Origin: Patescibacteria group bacterium
GTDB taxonomy: Bacteria > Patescibacteriota > Patescibacteriia > Patescibacteriales > UBA12465
NCBI GenBank assembly: GCA_023229115.1
Contig: JALNZW010000005.1
Span: 23,050-87,049, forward strand
DNA length: 64,000 nt
Reading direction: 5' to 3'
Below are positions 17,044 to 26,245 of the stretch, piece by piece. The notes under the pieces are model-generated. The model saw nothing but the letters and a program-made list of their open reading frames with translations, made no database searches and had not been told where the DNA came from. Numbering within the stretch: the first letter of the stretch is position 1; the number at the start of each line of letters is the position of its first letter. The translations under genes and the position numbers were made by a program.

Positions 17044-18597
17044 TTATTTTTTAGCAAACTCACAGCCACAATATTTCTGACAATAAAAACCCTTTTCTTT
17101 AGCTAATTTATTTGATTTCTTTGATAAATCAGCTTGATTAAAATCTAATTTAATAAATTTCAATTTTTTTTCTAAAGAAATTTTATTAGCCAAGACCTTA
17201 ATTCTTTCGGCGTCTTTATAAGGACTAACCAAAAGGGTGGAGTAAAAATTATTAATACCCAATTTCTTTGCTTTTAAAGCAGTTTTAAATAAACGATCTT
17301 GGTAACAAATAGTACAGCGCTTTCCCTTCTCTGGCTCTAATTCTAAGCCTTTAATTTTTCTTAACCAATCACCATGTTGGTAAGGCTCAACTTCTAACTT
17401 CAAACCAAACTCTTTACTCATTATTTTTACATAATTTAACCTTCTATTAAATTCTTCCAAACTATCAATATTAGGATTATAAAAATATAAAATTATATCA
17501 AACTTCTTTAACAAAATATCAGAAATAAGACTAAGCCCACAAGGCGCACAACAGATATGAAGTAATAATCTCTCTCTTTTATTTTTTTTATTTTCCAAAT
17601 AATAAAGAAAAATAATTAAAAAAAACATTAAAAAAAGCAAAAAGGCTAGGGCTAAAAATTTACCCTTGCTTTGCAGAAACAATCCAGACAAACCAAAAAT
17701 TACCGAAACAAAATAAAAGAAAAAAACTGCCTGTTTTTGACTTAAGCCTAAATCAATTAAGCGATGATGCAAATGTTTTCTATCCGAGGCTTTAAAGGGA
17801 TTTTTACCAGAAATAGTTCTTCTAATAATTGTCCACAAAACATCCAAAGCTGGAAGACCAATAACCAAAAGAGCTATAGCGATTTTTCCACCAGAAATAA
17901 TAGCTAAGACTCCCAGAACATAACCTAAAAGAAGAGAGCCACTTTCTCCTAAAAATATTTTAGCTGGATTAAAATTGAAAACTAAAAAACCACAAAGAAC
18001 AGTAAAAAACAAGAAAGAAGCTAAAGCAATGTCTGGTTGATAATACTTATCACTGATAGTAAATAAAAATATAACCAAAGCACCAATAGCTGAAACACCC
18101 GAGGCTAAACCATCTAAACCATCAAGTAACTTAGTAGTATAAGTCATTCCTAATAACCATAAAAAAATAATAGCCGAACTCAGAAAAGTTGAAAAATAAA
18201 GAAAACCTCCAAAGGGATTACTTATTTTTTCAATATTAACACCACCTAAAATAACAGCGATTGAAGCTAAAATCGGCCAAATAATTTGCCATTTAGCTGA
18301 TAAATTATATTTATCATCTAAAACACCGCCCATTACAATAAAAACAGCTCCAATAAAAAATCCCAACCAATGAGAAAGCTCTAAATTGCCAGATAAAAGA
18401 TCTTCTTTAAATATAAATAAACTTAAAAAATAAGCCAAAAAAACAGCTACCCCGCCTAAAAGAGGGACTGGTTTTTTGTGAATTTTACGATTTTCACCTG
18501 GTTTATCTACTATTTTAAAATAAATAGCTATCTTTTTTATAAAAAAAGTAAAAAAAATAGAAATTAAAAAAAATATTGTAAAATATAATAAAAACAT
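17044..18597 (-). CDS. Fusion protein: polyprenyl-phosphate HexNAc-1-phosphate transferase (GT4, WecA/TagO-like) joined to epoxyqueuosine reductase QueH (DUF208)
   Basis: N-terminal ~330 aa is polytopic, with LDDKYNLSAKWQ, LLDGLDGLASG and DRKHLHHRLIDLG. C-terminal ~180 aa carries LLLHICCAPCG, YFYNPNI, CTICYQDR and YCGCEF. One uninterrupted ORF. Confidence 0.85.
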   Translation of the reverse strand: MFLLYFTIFFLISIFFTFFIKKIAIYFKIVDKPGENRKIHKKPVPLLGGVAVFLAYFLSLFIFKEDLLSGNLELSHWLGFFIGAVFIVMGGVLDDKYNLSAKWQIIWPILASIAVILGGVNIEKISNPFGGFLYFSTFLSSAIIFLWLLGMTYTTKLLDGLDGLASGVSAIGALVIFLFTISDKYYQPDIALASFLFFTVLCGFLVFNFNPAKIFLGESGSLLLGYVLGVLAIISGGKIAIALLVIGLPALDVLWTIIRRTISGKNPFKASDRKHLHHRLIDLGLSQKQAVFFFYFVSVIFGLSGLFLQSKGKFLALAFLLFLMFFLIIFLYYLENKKNKRERLLLHICCAPCGLSLISDILLKKFDIILYFYNPNIDSLEEFNRRLNYVKIMSKEFGLKLEVEPYQHGDWLRKIKGLELEPEKGKRCTICYQDRLFKTALKAKKLGINNFYSTLLVSPYKDAERIKVLANKISLEKKLKFIKLDFNQADLSKKSNKLAKEKGFYCQKYCGCEFAKK

Positions 18598-18626
18598 TTC
18601 TTTGTTTAAGATTAAGATAATTAATA

Positions 18627-18655
18627 TTGACTATTTAACAAATACCTGATATAAT
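18627..18655 (+). promoter_or_regulatory. Near-consensus promoter (TTGACT-17 nt-TATAAT)
   Basis: TTGACT at 18627-18632, 17-nt spacer, TATAAT at 18650-18655, upstream of the ORF at 18688. Confidence 0.5.
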
Positions 18656-18687
18656 TTAAAAAGGTTCATTTAAAATAAAAATATATT

Positions 18688-18975
18688 ATGGTGGTAGAAA
18701 CACAACAAACATGTTTTGTTGACGACAAAATCGCAAGCAAAATGGAAGAAGTTCAAAAAAAATTGACCAAAAAAATCCAATCGGCCAAAAAAGCTATTAA
18801 ACTTTTTGAGTCAGGCACAGTTGAAGAAGCTTATAAAAAAGCCATGGAAGAGGCCAAAAACATCTCCGACGAAATGGAGAGGAACTTCAAAGTTTCAATT
18901 ATAGAAAACGAACAGCAAAGAAATATTGCAATTTACAAAGCTGCTCAGAATTTTTTAAAAAACCACAGTCAATAG
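18688..18975 (+). CDS. Hypothetical small helical Lys/Glu-rich protein
   Basis: 95-aa ORF bracketed by a near-consensus promoter and a strong terminator. Confidence 0.5.
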   Translation: MVVETQQTCFVDDKIASKMEEVQKKLTKKIQSAKKAIKLFESGTVEEAYKKAMEEAKNISDEMERNFKVSIIENEQQRNIAIYKAAQNFLKNHSQ

Positions 18976-18992
18976 TTGACAAGACATCCACC

Positions 18993-19023
18993 GCCCTCAC
19001 ATTATCAGTGAGGGCTTTTTTTA
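18993..19023 (+). terminator. Rho-independent terminator
   Basis: gccctcac-attatca-gtgagggc followed by a T-run. Confidence 0.75.
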
Positions 19024-21729
19024 TATAGATCTCCCTCTCTCAATTTTGACATCACCATTTTCATCTATAAAAACAGTGTCTCTTCTCTTTAAACTGCCAG
19101 CTAAAATTAAATTAGCAATTTCGTTTTCTATTTTATCTTGCAATAAACGACGAAGTGGTCTGGCGCCAAACTTAGGATCATAACCGGCCTCAGCTAATTT
19201 CAATAAACCATCATCATCATACAGCAAAGAAACCCCCTTAACCTCCAAGCTTTTAGCTATCTTTTTTACCATTATTTTAGCAATAGCCAAAATATTTTCA
19301 ATAGTTAATGGCTTAAAAACAATAATACCATCAAAACGATTTATCAATTCTGGTCTCATTATTTTGTTTAAATGATTATCAATTAACTCCTGTTTAATAA
19401 TCGCCGATTCTATTTGATTTTTTACTGCTTCTTGAATAAATAAAGAACCAGCATTGGAGGTAGCAATAATTATAGAGTTGGTAAAATTAATCGTTCTTCC
19501 CTGCCCATCAGTCAAGCGACCATCATCTAAAATTTGTAAAAATAAATTTAAAATATCTGGATGAGCTTTTTCAACTTCATCAAACAAAATCAAAGAAAAA
19601 GGTTTTTTTCTAACTGCTTCCGTTAAATAACCTAGCGTTCCGTCAACATCACCAATCATCTTTTTAACACTATCAAAAAGCTGATACTCACTCATATCAA
19701 GACGAATCATGTAATCTTCGGCTCCAAAATAAATTTCCGAGACAGACTTAGCTAGTTCGGTTTTTCCTACACCAGTTGGACCCAAGAAAAGAAAGCTAGC
19801 GATTGGTCGACTACCCTCTCTTATTTGAGCCCTAGAACGCCTTAAACTGCCCGATACAGCTATAACTGCCTCTTCCTGGCCAATCATCCTCTCGTGAATT
19901 TTTTCCTCCAAACTAAGCAATTTTTCGCTCTCAGAGACTGAAACTTGAGAAACCGGAATACCGCTTATATCGCTAATTATTTCGGCAATATCCTCCTTAG
20001 TACATATTTTTTTACTAGGATCTTTTTGAGATAATTTGGAATTTCTGACAGCCACTGACTTAATAATATTAACAGCCTTGTCTGGCAAAAACTTATCATT
20101 AATATATCTGCTAGAAAGATTAACAGTCTCTTCCAAAGAATTATAATCAAAATAAATTCCGTACTTACTTTCAATCCAAGAAATTTTACTCTCAAGCATA
20201 AAAATAACATCATCAATTTCTGGTTCATTTATTTTGATGGGTGCCATAACATTAGAAATAGCTCTGCCTTCTAAATATTTAGAATAATCCTCAGTAGAGA
20301 CGGAAGCTAGACAATAAAAATTTTGTCTACTCAATGTTTCAGCTAAAACCTCTGAGAGTTCCAAACTCTCTTCTGAGCCAGCGGTAATTCCCATCATGTT
20401 TTGAATATTTTCAATATATAAAATAACATTTTTTGACCTAAGTATTTCGTTAATAATAATCATCATTCTTTCCTCGGCCACAGAAGGAGAGGCGCCACTA
20501 ATTAAACGAGACAAATCAAGCTCTACCAATCTTTTATCTTTTAAAAATTTAGGGACTTCCTCTTTAACCATTAGTTGAGCCAAGCCTTCAATCATGGATC
20601 GTTTTCCAGTCCCAGTTGAACCAATTAGTAAAACTCCATTTTGTTCACTCTCAAAAGCCTCAAAAATCTGTTTCATTTCCTTATCTCTAGCTACACAAGC
20701 TTCAAAATAGCCATATTTAGCCATTACAGTTAAATCTCGAGAAAAATAATCTAAAGTTGGAGTAGCGATGGCTGTATAAGCCTTATTCATACCACTTCCT
20801 GGCTTTAAACGAGCCATTCTTCGAAAGGTCTTGTAGTCGCGATACATTTGATCATTAATCCTAAACCATTTAACTGCATTTTTAATTTTGTTTTGAGAAA
20901 TATCTAGTTCATATAATATCTCCTGTAAAAGCTCATTTTTTTCATAACAAAAAGAAACAACATTTAAAACACCAATACTTTCATGTTTATTTATATAAGC
21001 ATCATAAAAAGCTGAAAGCAATATTTCTTGAACATTGTCGGATAAAATAATTTTTTCATTATTTGTCCTCTGTAAATCAGGGTTGTCCAAATATTTTTTT
21101 AAAATTTCTAAAAGTCTATTAATATCAACATTCAACCTAACTAATAAATTTTTAATAACATTAGATTCACATAGTAGCCAAAAAAGATGCAATGTCCCTA
21201 GCTCTTTTTGATTAAATTTTCTAGCTAATAAATAAGAATTTTCTAAAATTAGTAACATCTCTTCGCTCAAAGCTAGAGAAATGTCGATTTTAGGGAGTTT
21301 ATTATAGTCACCAAGATTGCTTACTTTTTTTTCTTTAATTTTTTTTATTTTTTTTAAAGAGAATTTTTTTTCACTTATTCGATAAACAATAAAAGCATCA
21401 AAGATTATTGAAACTAGAAAAAAAGAAATAAAAATTGAATCACTTTTCCAAAAATAAAATAAATCTGAAAAACCAAAAGTAGACAAACTAAAATTGAGGT
21501 AAAACCAATAACAAAAAGAAAGCAGTCCTGCCACCCCTAATAAATAACTTAAAAAATTAACCACAGCATCAACTCTTTTTTTTAATCTTCTTAAGGTTAT
21601 TAAAGATAATTTTAAATCTTGTCCAAAAAATAAAAGATGATTCAAAAACAAAACAGCAGTTCGGCCATCACTTTTTTTAAAAAAATCTTCTTTTTGAAAA
21701 AATTCTAAATTGTTTTTATCATCATTCAT
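19021..21729 (-). CDS. Membrane-anchored Clp/Hsp100-family AAA+ ATPase paralog with a degenerate first nucleotide-binding domain
   Basis: 902 aa. Two N-terminal hydrophobic helices (VVNFLSYLLGVAGLLSFCYWFYL, IFISFFLVSIIFDAFIVY). In NBD1 the Walker A is GSTGTGKRS and ILYIENIQNMMG stands where clpB has [15 protein letters not shown]2 is canonical ([33 protein letters not shown]). Confidence 0.85.
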   Translation of the reverse strand: MNDDKNNLEFFQKEDFFKKSDGRTAVLFLNHLLFFGQDLKLSLITLRRLKKRVDAVVNFLSYLLGVAGLLSFCYWFYLNFSLSTFGFSDLFYFWKSDSIFISFFLVSIIFDAFIVYRISEKKFSLKKIKKIKEKKVSNLGDYNKLPKIDISLALSEEMLLILENSYLLARKFNQKELGTLHLFWLLCESNVIKNLLVRLNVDINRLLEILKKYLDNPDLQRTNNEKIILSDNVQEILLSAFYDAYINKHESIGVLNVVSFCYEKNELLQEILYELDISQNKIKNAVKWFRINDQMYRDYKTFRRMARLKPGSGMNKAYTAIATPTLDYFSRDLTVMAKYGYFEACVARDKEMKQIFEAFESEQNGVLLIGSTGTGKRSMIEGLAQLMVKEEVPKFLKDKRLVELDLSRLISGASPSVAEERMMIIINEILRSKNVILYIENIQNMMGITAGSEESLELSEVLAETLSRQNFYCLASVSTEDYSKYLEGRAISNVMAPIKINEPEIDDVIFMLESKISWIESKYGIYFDYNSLEETVNLSSRYINDKFLPDKAVNIIKSVAVRNSKLSQKDPSKKICTKEDIAEIISDISGIPVSQVSVSESEKLLSLEEKIHERMIGQEEAVIAVSGSLRRSRAQIREGSRPIASFLFLGPTGVGKTELAKSVSEIYFGAEDYMIRLDMSEYQLFDSVKKMIGDVDGTLGYLTEAVRKKPFSLILFDEVEKAHPDILNLFLQILDDGRLTDGQGRTINFTNSIIIATSNAGSLFIQEAVKNQIESAIIKQELIDNHLNKIMRPELINRFDGIIVFKPLTIENILAIAKIMVKKIAKSLEVKGVSLLYDDDGLLKLAEAGYDPKFGARPLRRLLQDKIENEIANLILAGSLKRRDTVFIDENGDVKIERGRSI

Positions 21730-21732
21730 ATT

Positions 21733-22116
21733 TTAATTAAAAATTCTGACAAAAATTAAATAAACAACAACTGGCAATATGGCTAACCAAAAAACAATTG
21801 CCACAACAGACAAAACCACAAAGAAAATAAAGGCAATAAAACGGAAAATTATTTGAAATATTCTAACAACAAAACTAATAGCCCTTCCCGTAAAATCACT
21901 CTGTCCGTACATCGGAGTAAAAAGATTTTTGATCCAAGTCCCAGCTCCAATTATTATCCATTGTTCACCCAAAAAAGAAGCGACATTTTTTAGAAAACGC
22001 ACAAAACCAACTGTATACCACCATAAAGGAAAGTAAGCAAAATCCCAAAGGATTTGTATTGATATTTTACTTAAATAAAAGAAAAAATTGTTGTTCATAT
22101 GAAATAATATTAACAA
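21733..22116 (-). CDS. Hypothetical membrane protein, 3-nt gap to the Clp-like gene
   Basis: 127 aa with several hydrophobic segments; its stop codon lies 3 nt from the downstream start codon. Confidence 0.55.
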   Translation of the reverse strand: MLILFHMNNNFFFYLSKISIQILWDFAYFPLWWYTVGFVRFLKNVASFLGEQWIIIGAGTWIKNLFTPMYGQSDFTGRAISFVVRIFQIIFRFIAFIFFVVLSVVAIVFWLAILPVVVYLIFVRIFN

Positions 22117-22224
22117 ATTATTAATAAATTAGCAAAATATTACCACTTCTCGTTGTTTAGGACATGATTTTCACCTAACTCACAAATAATTAGGTTTACG
22201 ACATTGTTTTTATCATATTCTTAT

Positions 22225-22252
22225 TGTCATCCCAACTAAAATTGGGTTCAGG
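22225..22252 (+). repeat. Solitary degenerate copy of the gtcatccc hairpin repeat
   Basis: tgtcatcccaactaaaattgggttcagg resembles the unit tgtcatcccagcgaaagctgggatccag found at 43.3-44.1 kb. Confidence 0.45.
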
Positions 22253-22477
22253 CTTAACACCATTTCCCTCGCCACCCCAGCAAAACGTTAATAATATATC
22301 ATTATAAATATCTATCTAGATAGTATAGCAAAAATAAATTAATATTATTAAATTTAAACAACTTTTATAAAAATTAATATTTTTTAGCATTTATAATTGA
22401 CTTTTTAAAAAAATTTTGCTATTTTTAAAAACTGTTTTTATAGTTCTTTTAAAAAATAAACCAAAAAAACAAGGAAA

Positions 22478-23032
22478 ATGAACATTAATCAAGTTATTGA
22501 CCTGTCCAGATTAGCAGAAGAAAAAAATCTTTCCCTCAAGAAGATAATTGAAATTATTGATTTCAGTCAAAAAACTGGCCCAATATTCGATTCTTTTGCT
22601 CAATTTTCATTACCAATAAACAAAGAAAAGTCATTATCGGACTTACTGCGAGACGGAAAATACAATCTGATTGGAAACCGAATTGATTCAATGAATCTAG
22701 AAAAAACAAAAAAGAAAATTGTAGAATTAAAAATTTTTGATCTTAGACAACTAAAGCCAAGAGACTCTTCCAGCGAAACCATTTGCTTAACAATGAAAGA
22801 CCAGGGCTTTAAAGCTTCTAACTTTCTAGAACTTCTTCACTTGGGCGCAATATATCCCGACCTGCAAAGAAGATTTCCAATAGTAGCCTTGGGCTCTATC
22901 TGTATAGCAGCTCAGGGTCGAATAGGGGTTCCTTACTTAACAATTAGAGACTACCAAAGAATGATTAGTCTTAACTTTTTTAATTATTCCTGGAAGCCTC
23001 AATACAAATTTCTAGGAACAAAAATTGATTAA
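22478..23032 (+). CDS. Hypothetical protein
   Basis: 184-aa ORF followed by a terminator; no recognisable motif. Confidence 0.5.
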   Translation: MNINQVIDLSRLAEEKNLSLKKIIEIIDFSQKTGPIFDSFAQFSLPINKEKSLSDLLRDGKYNLIGNRIDSMNLEKTKKKIVELKIFDLRQLKPRDSSSETICLTMKDQGFKASNFLELLHLGAIYPDLQRRFPIVALGSICIAAQGRIGVPYLTIRDYQRMISLNFFNYSWKPQYKFLGTKID

Positions 23033-23040
23033 AAACTAAA

Positions 23041-23075
23041 AGCCACCAGTTAAAAACCGGTGGCTTTTCTATTTT
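23041..23075. terminator. Terminator between convergent genes
   Basis: agccacc-agttaaaaacc-ggtggct followed by a T-rich tail. Confidence 0.6.
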
Positions 23076-23141
23076 AAGAACTAACAAATATTATGTTTCA
23101 ATATCTCAAAAATTTCATATTTAAACCAAAAAGACAAGAAT

Positions 23142-25802
23142 TTATTTAACCGAAACCAAAATATTATCTTTTGTGCCAACGTCTATAGTAATTTTGTCAC
23201 CATTCTTAACCCGTCCTTCAACAATATTTAAAGCCAACTCATCTAATATCATGTTTTGAATTACTCTTTTAAGCGGTCTAGCGCCAAAACTAGGATCATA
23301 ACCTTTTTCAGTTAAATACCTTTTAACTTTAGGGGCAATTTTAATACTAATATTTTTATTTTTCAATCTAATCTCAACCTTATCTAACTCTAAATCAATT
23401 ATTTTCTCCAACGATTTTTTGTCCAAATTTTTAAAAACAACAATTTCATCAATTCTATTTAAAAATTCCAATTTAAAATAATCTTTTAAAATTCCATCTA
23501 TTTTTTCTTTAATCTCCTCCTGCCTCAACTTAGTATTTTGTTCTTCATTTTCTCCTCCACCAAAACCAATAGAATATTGTTTAATAACTTCATTACCTAA
23601 ATTAGAAGTCATTATAATAATAGTATTTTTAAAATTAACTTTTCTTCCTTTAGAGTCAGTTAAAACTCCATCATCTAATATTTGAAGTAAGATGTTAAAT
23701 GTTTCCGGGTGTGCTTTTTCTATTTCATCAAATAAAATAACGCTGTAAGGACGACGACGAATTTTGTCAGTTAGCTGTCCGCCTTCATCATGGCCGATAT
23801 AACCAGGAGGCGAACCAATAAGTTTAGCCACACTGTGTTTTTCCATAAATTCACTCATGTCCAAGCGAACCAAAGCATTTTCATCATTAAAAATAAAAGA
23901 AGCTAGAGTTTTAGCTAATTCAGTTTTACCAACACCAGTTGGGCCAACAAATAAAAATGAGCCAATCGGTTTTTTCTCTTCACTAATCCCAGCTCTACTA
24001 CGACGAATAGCATTAGAAACCGCTTTAATGGCTTCATCTTGCCCAACGACTCTTTGGTTCAATTCTTCTTCTGAACGAACAAGCTTTTGTGTTTCACTTT
24101 CTAACATTTTATTAACTGGGATTCCTGTCCAACGAGCTACAACTTTAGCAATATCCTCCTCATCGACCTCTTCTTTTAAAATATGCTGTCCCTTTTTTTG
24201 TATTTTTAACAAGTCATCTTGCTGTTTTTTAACTTCTTTTTCTAATTGAGGAATCAGAGAATACCTAATTTCAGCCACCTTAGTTAAATCATCTCCACGA
24301 CGCTCAATAATATCAGCTTCCATTCTAAATTCATCAATTTTCCTTTTTGACTCTCTAATTTTAGATATAATATCTTTTTCATTATTCCAATGAATCTCTA
24401 ATTGATTAGCCCTTTCTTTTAATTCCTCTAAATCTTTATTTAATTTTGTTTTTTTAACATTCGAATTTTCTTTTTCTCCTGCCGCCAAACCAGCCTTTAC
24501 AATTTCCATTCTTTTAATTTCTCTTTTCATGTTATCCAATTCTTCTGGCATAGAATCTATTTCCATTCTTAAAGCCGAAGTAGCTTCATCAACTAAATCA
24601 ACTGCCTTGTCTGGTAAAAAACGATCAGTAATATAGCGACTGGAAAGCTTAGCCGCTGATACTAAAGCTTCATCAGTAATTCTAACTCCATGATGAACTT
24701 CATATTTTTCTTTAATACCCCTCAAAATAGAAATTGTATCTTCAATGCTTGGTTCGGCTACATAAATAGGCTGAAATCTTCTCTCTAAAGCAGCATCTTT
24801 TTCTATATACTTTTGATATTCTTTGGTAGTAGTTGCCCCAATTGTTCTAATTTCACCCCTAGCTAAAGCTGGTTTTAACATATTAGAAGCATCCATTGAA
24901 CCTTCCGAAGCTCCCGTACCAACTAAAGTATGAAGCTCATCAATAAATAAAATTATCTTTCCGCCTTGAGATTTAATAGTTTTTAAAACTGATTTTAAGC
25001 GATCTTCAAACTCACCTCTAAATTTAGCCCCAGCAACTAGTGATCCTAAATCAAGAGAAACCACTTCTTTATCTTTCAACATCTCCGGAACGTCTCCACT
25101 AACAATTCTTTGAGCCAATCCTTCAACAATAGCCGTTTTACCAGTTCCGGCCTCACCAATTAAAACTGGATTATTTTTTGTACGACGAAGTAAAACTTGC
25201 ATAATACGACGAATTTCTGTGTCACGTCCAACAACCGGGTCAAGCTTTTCTTGACGAGCCATTTCAGTTAAATTTACTGTATATTTTTCTAAAGTTCTAA
25301 ATTTATTTTCTGGATCTGGATCACTTATTTTTTGATTACCACGAAGCTCCTTTAAAATTTCCAAAACCTGGTTATAATCAATTTTAAAACCAAATAAAAC
25401 ATTTTGTGCCGGAGATTTAATCCCAATTAAAGCTAAAAAAATATGCTCAGTGGAGATAAATTCATCTCCCATGCGATCAGCTTCTTTTTTAGCTCTATCA
25501 AAAATAGCAGCTACCTCACCCGTTCCTTGAACGGATTGGACTCCTTCAAAATTATTTTTAGGAGTATCATTTTGATAGCCCTTAAATTTAGGTAGCTTTT
25601 TTATTTCAATAACAGTATAATTTTCAATTAGTTCTGGATCTATTTTTAATCTCTCCAAAATAACCCTAACCAAGCTCTCAGTCTGTTGATTTAAAGCCAA
25701 AAGAAGGTGAAGTCCCTCAATATATTGCTGGCCAAAATCAGTAGCAATCATTTGAGCATTAATTATCATCTCCTGAGATTTATTGGTAAATTTATTAAAC
25801 AT
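23142..25802 (-). CDS. clpB: Chaperone disaggregase ClpB
   Basis: 886 aa. Clp-N repeats, NBD1 ([27 protein letters not shown]), a long coiled-coil middle domain, NBD2 ([23 protein letters not shown]). Confidence 0.95.
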   Translation of the reverse strand: MFNKFTNKSQEMIINAQMIATDFGQQYIEGLHLLLALNQQTESLVRVILERLKIDPELIENYTVIEIKKLPKFKGYQNDTPKNNFEGVQSVQGTGEVAAIFDRAKKEADRMGDEFISTEHIFLALIGIKSPAQNVLFGFKIDYNQVLEILKELRGNQKISDPDPENKFRTLEKYTVNLTEMARQEKLDPVVGRDTEIRRIMQVLLRRTKNNPVLIGEAGTGKTAIVEGLAQRIVSGDVPEMLKDKEVVSLDLGSLVAGAKFRGEFEDRLKSVLKTIKSQGGKIILFIDELHTLVGTGASEGSMDASNMLKPALARGEIRTIGATTTKEYQKYIEKDAALERRFQPIYVAEPSIEDTISILRGIKEKYEVHHGVRITDEALVSAAKLSSRYITDRFLPDKAVDLVDEATSALRMEIDSMPEELDNMKREIKRMEIVKAGLAAGEKENSNVKKTKLNKDLEELKERANQLEIHWNNEKDIISKIRESKRKIDEFRMEADIIERRGDDLTKVAEIRYSLIPQLEKEVKKQQDDLLKIQKKGQHILKEEVDEEDIAKVVARWTGIPVNKMLESETQKLVRSEEELNQRVVGQDEAIKAVSNAIRRSRAGISEEKKPIGSFLFVGPTGVGKTELAKTLASFIFNDENALVRLDMSEFMEKHSVAKLIGSPPGYIGHDEGGQLTDKIRRRPYSVILFDEIEKAHPETFNILLQILDDGVLTDSKGRKVNFKNTIIIMTSNLGNEVIKQYSIGFGGGENEEQNTKLRQEEIKEKIDGILKDYFKLEFLNRIDEIVVFKNLDKKSLEKIIDLELDKVEIRLKNKNISIKIAPKVKRYLTEKGYDPSFGARPLKRVIQNMILDELALNIVEGRVKNGDKITIDVGTKDNILVSVK

Positions 25803-25827
25803 TTTATTTAAAATTAATTTTTATATT

Positions 25828-25854
25828 TTAGCAGTCTAACTATTTGACTGCTAA
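25828..25854. promoter_or_regulatory. CIRCE-like inverted repeat (candidate HrcA operator)
   Basis: TTAGCAGTC-N9-GACTGCTAA compared with the CIRCE consensus TTAGCACTC-N9-GAGTGCTAA. The single deviation is symmetric in both arms. It lies 26 nt upstream of the clpB ATG. Confidence 0.6.
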
Positions 25855-25855
25855 G

Positions 25856-25884
25856 ATTATAAATAAAATAGACACCACTGTCAA
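25856..25884 (-). promoter_or_regulatory. Consensus promoter for clpB (TTGACA-17 nt-TATAAT on the minus strand)
   Basis: The minus strand reads TTGACA gtggtgtctattttatt TATAAT c TTAGCAGTC..., so the -10 box ends 1 nt before the CIRCE-like repeat. Confidence 0.6.
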
Positions 25885-25887
25885 GGC

Positions 25888-25916
25888 TTGACTTTTTTAA
25901 TTATAAATGATATAAA
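25888..25916 (+). promoter_or_regulatory. Divergent promoter (TTGACT-17 nt-TATAAA)
   Basis: TTGACT at 25888-25893, 17-nt spacer, TATAAA at 25911-25916, upstream of the ATG at 25942. Confidence 0.4.
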
Positions 25917-25941
25917 TATCAAGCACATTAAAATAAATGGG

Positions 25942-26211
25942 ATGGATAAAAAAATTTTTTCTCAAGAAATTGAAAGAAAAGAAGAACTTGAACTAATAAC
26001 TAAAGCTCAATCTCTAATTAATTCTCACTATGAAATTCAACAAGAAAAACTCATAGGAGAAAAAAGCGAAAAGGAGTTAGAAGGATTAGAAGAGTTTAAG
26101 AAAGAACTGTCCAGACACATAAAGATAGACAAAATGAGTAATGCCGATATTTATAAAATGGCACGAAAACTTGTCATCGAAACAGCCAAAGAATTAAAAA
26201 GAACCTACTAA
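25942..26211 (+). CDS. Hypothetical small Glu/Lys-rich protein
   Basis: An internal ATG is preferred because the TTG at 25888 coincides with the -35 box. A terminator follows. Confidence 0.45.
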   Translation: MDKKIFSQEIERKEELELITKAQSLINSHYEIQQEKLIGEKSEKELEGLEEFKKELSRHIKIDKMSNADIYKMARKLVIETAKELKRTY

Positions 26212-26216
26212 CAAAA

Positions 26217-26245
26217 CCCCCTCAAACATTTGAGGGGATTTTTTT
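26217..26245. terminator. Bidirectional terminator
   Basis: cccctcaaa-cat-tttgagggg flanked by an A-run and a T-run. Confidence 0.7.

Noticed and set aside
23857-24249. 130-aa plus-strand ORF inside clpB
   Set aside because: It is in the antisense frame of a well-supported conserved gene and has no independent signals.
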